Assembly: GCA_012839865.1 (NCBI GenBank)
Contig: DUMO01000028.1
Span: 1-55,977, forward strand
DNA: 55,977 bases
Origin: Clostridiaceae bacterium
GTDB taxonomy: Bacteria > Bacillota > Clostridia > CAYPLH01 > DUMO01
Direction of reading: 5' to 3'
Below, piece by piece: positions 55,954-55,977 of the stretch (its first letter is position 1; every line of letters starts with the position of its first letter). Both the position numbers and the translations under genes were made by a program. The notes under the pieces were generated by a model, which was given only the letters and a program-made list of their open reading frames with translations, was not told where the DNA came from and did no database searches.

Positions 55954-55977
55954 ATATGTCCCTCCCTGATTTATCTA

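Overview
A Clostridia-type Firmicute chromosome segment (spore former; the gene set suggests a Ruminiclostridium/Thermoclostridium-like organism, which is inference). Most genes are on the minus strand. The right third (about 38-56 kb) is a conserved housekeeping block that largely follows the Bacillus yaaO-tmk-darA-yaaR-holB-ricT-yabB-rsmI-abrB-metG-tatD-yabE-rsmA order, preceded by a malic enzyme gene. The left and middle parts are more accessory. They hold the start of an excisionase-like HTH gene abutting a truncated SGNH-hydrolase fragment, a secreted beta-helix protein resembling Methanosarcina surface proteins, fabV, a LysM cell-wall hydrolase, an Mrr-like protein, speD and spore coat genes. 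They also hold a split NHEJ operon (ku, ligase, polymerase), gpsA, a 2914-aa cyclic beta-1,2-glucan synthase, yhaO/yhaN, trkAH and ispDF. The strongest unexplained signals are four. (1) A ~305-nt multi-stem candidate RNA (29393-29696) lies directly upstream of a 794-aa membrane-anchored protein with five 59-aa helical repeats. (2) A 55-bp IS200/IS605-end-like mini element occurs twice, 38 kb apart. (3) A family of GGGAC/GTCCC REP-like palindromes includes one 116-bp REPIN-like unit. (4) Two genes probably use non-canonical start codons (ATT, CTG). No rRNA, tRNA or CRISPR array was seen. All family assignments are from motif recognition by eye; no database was searched.
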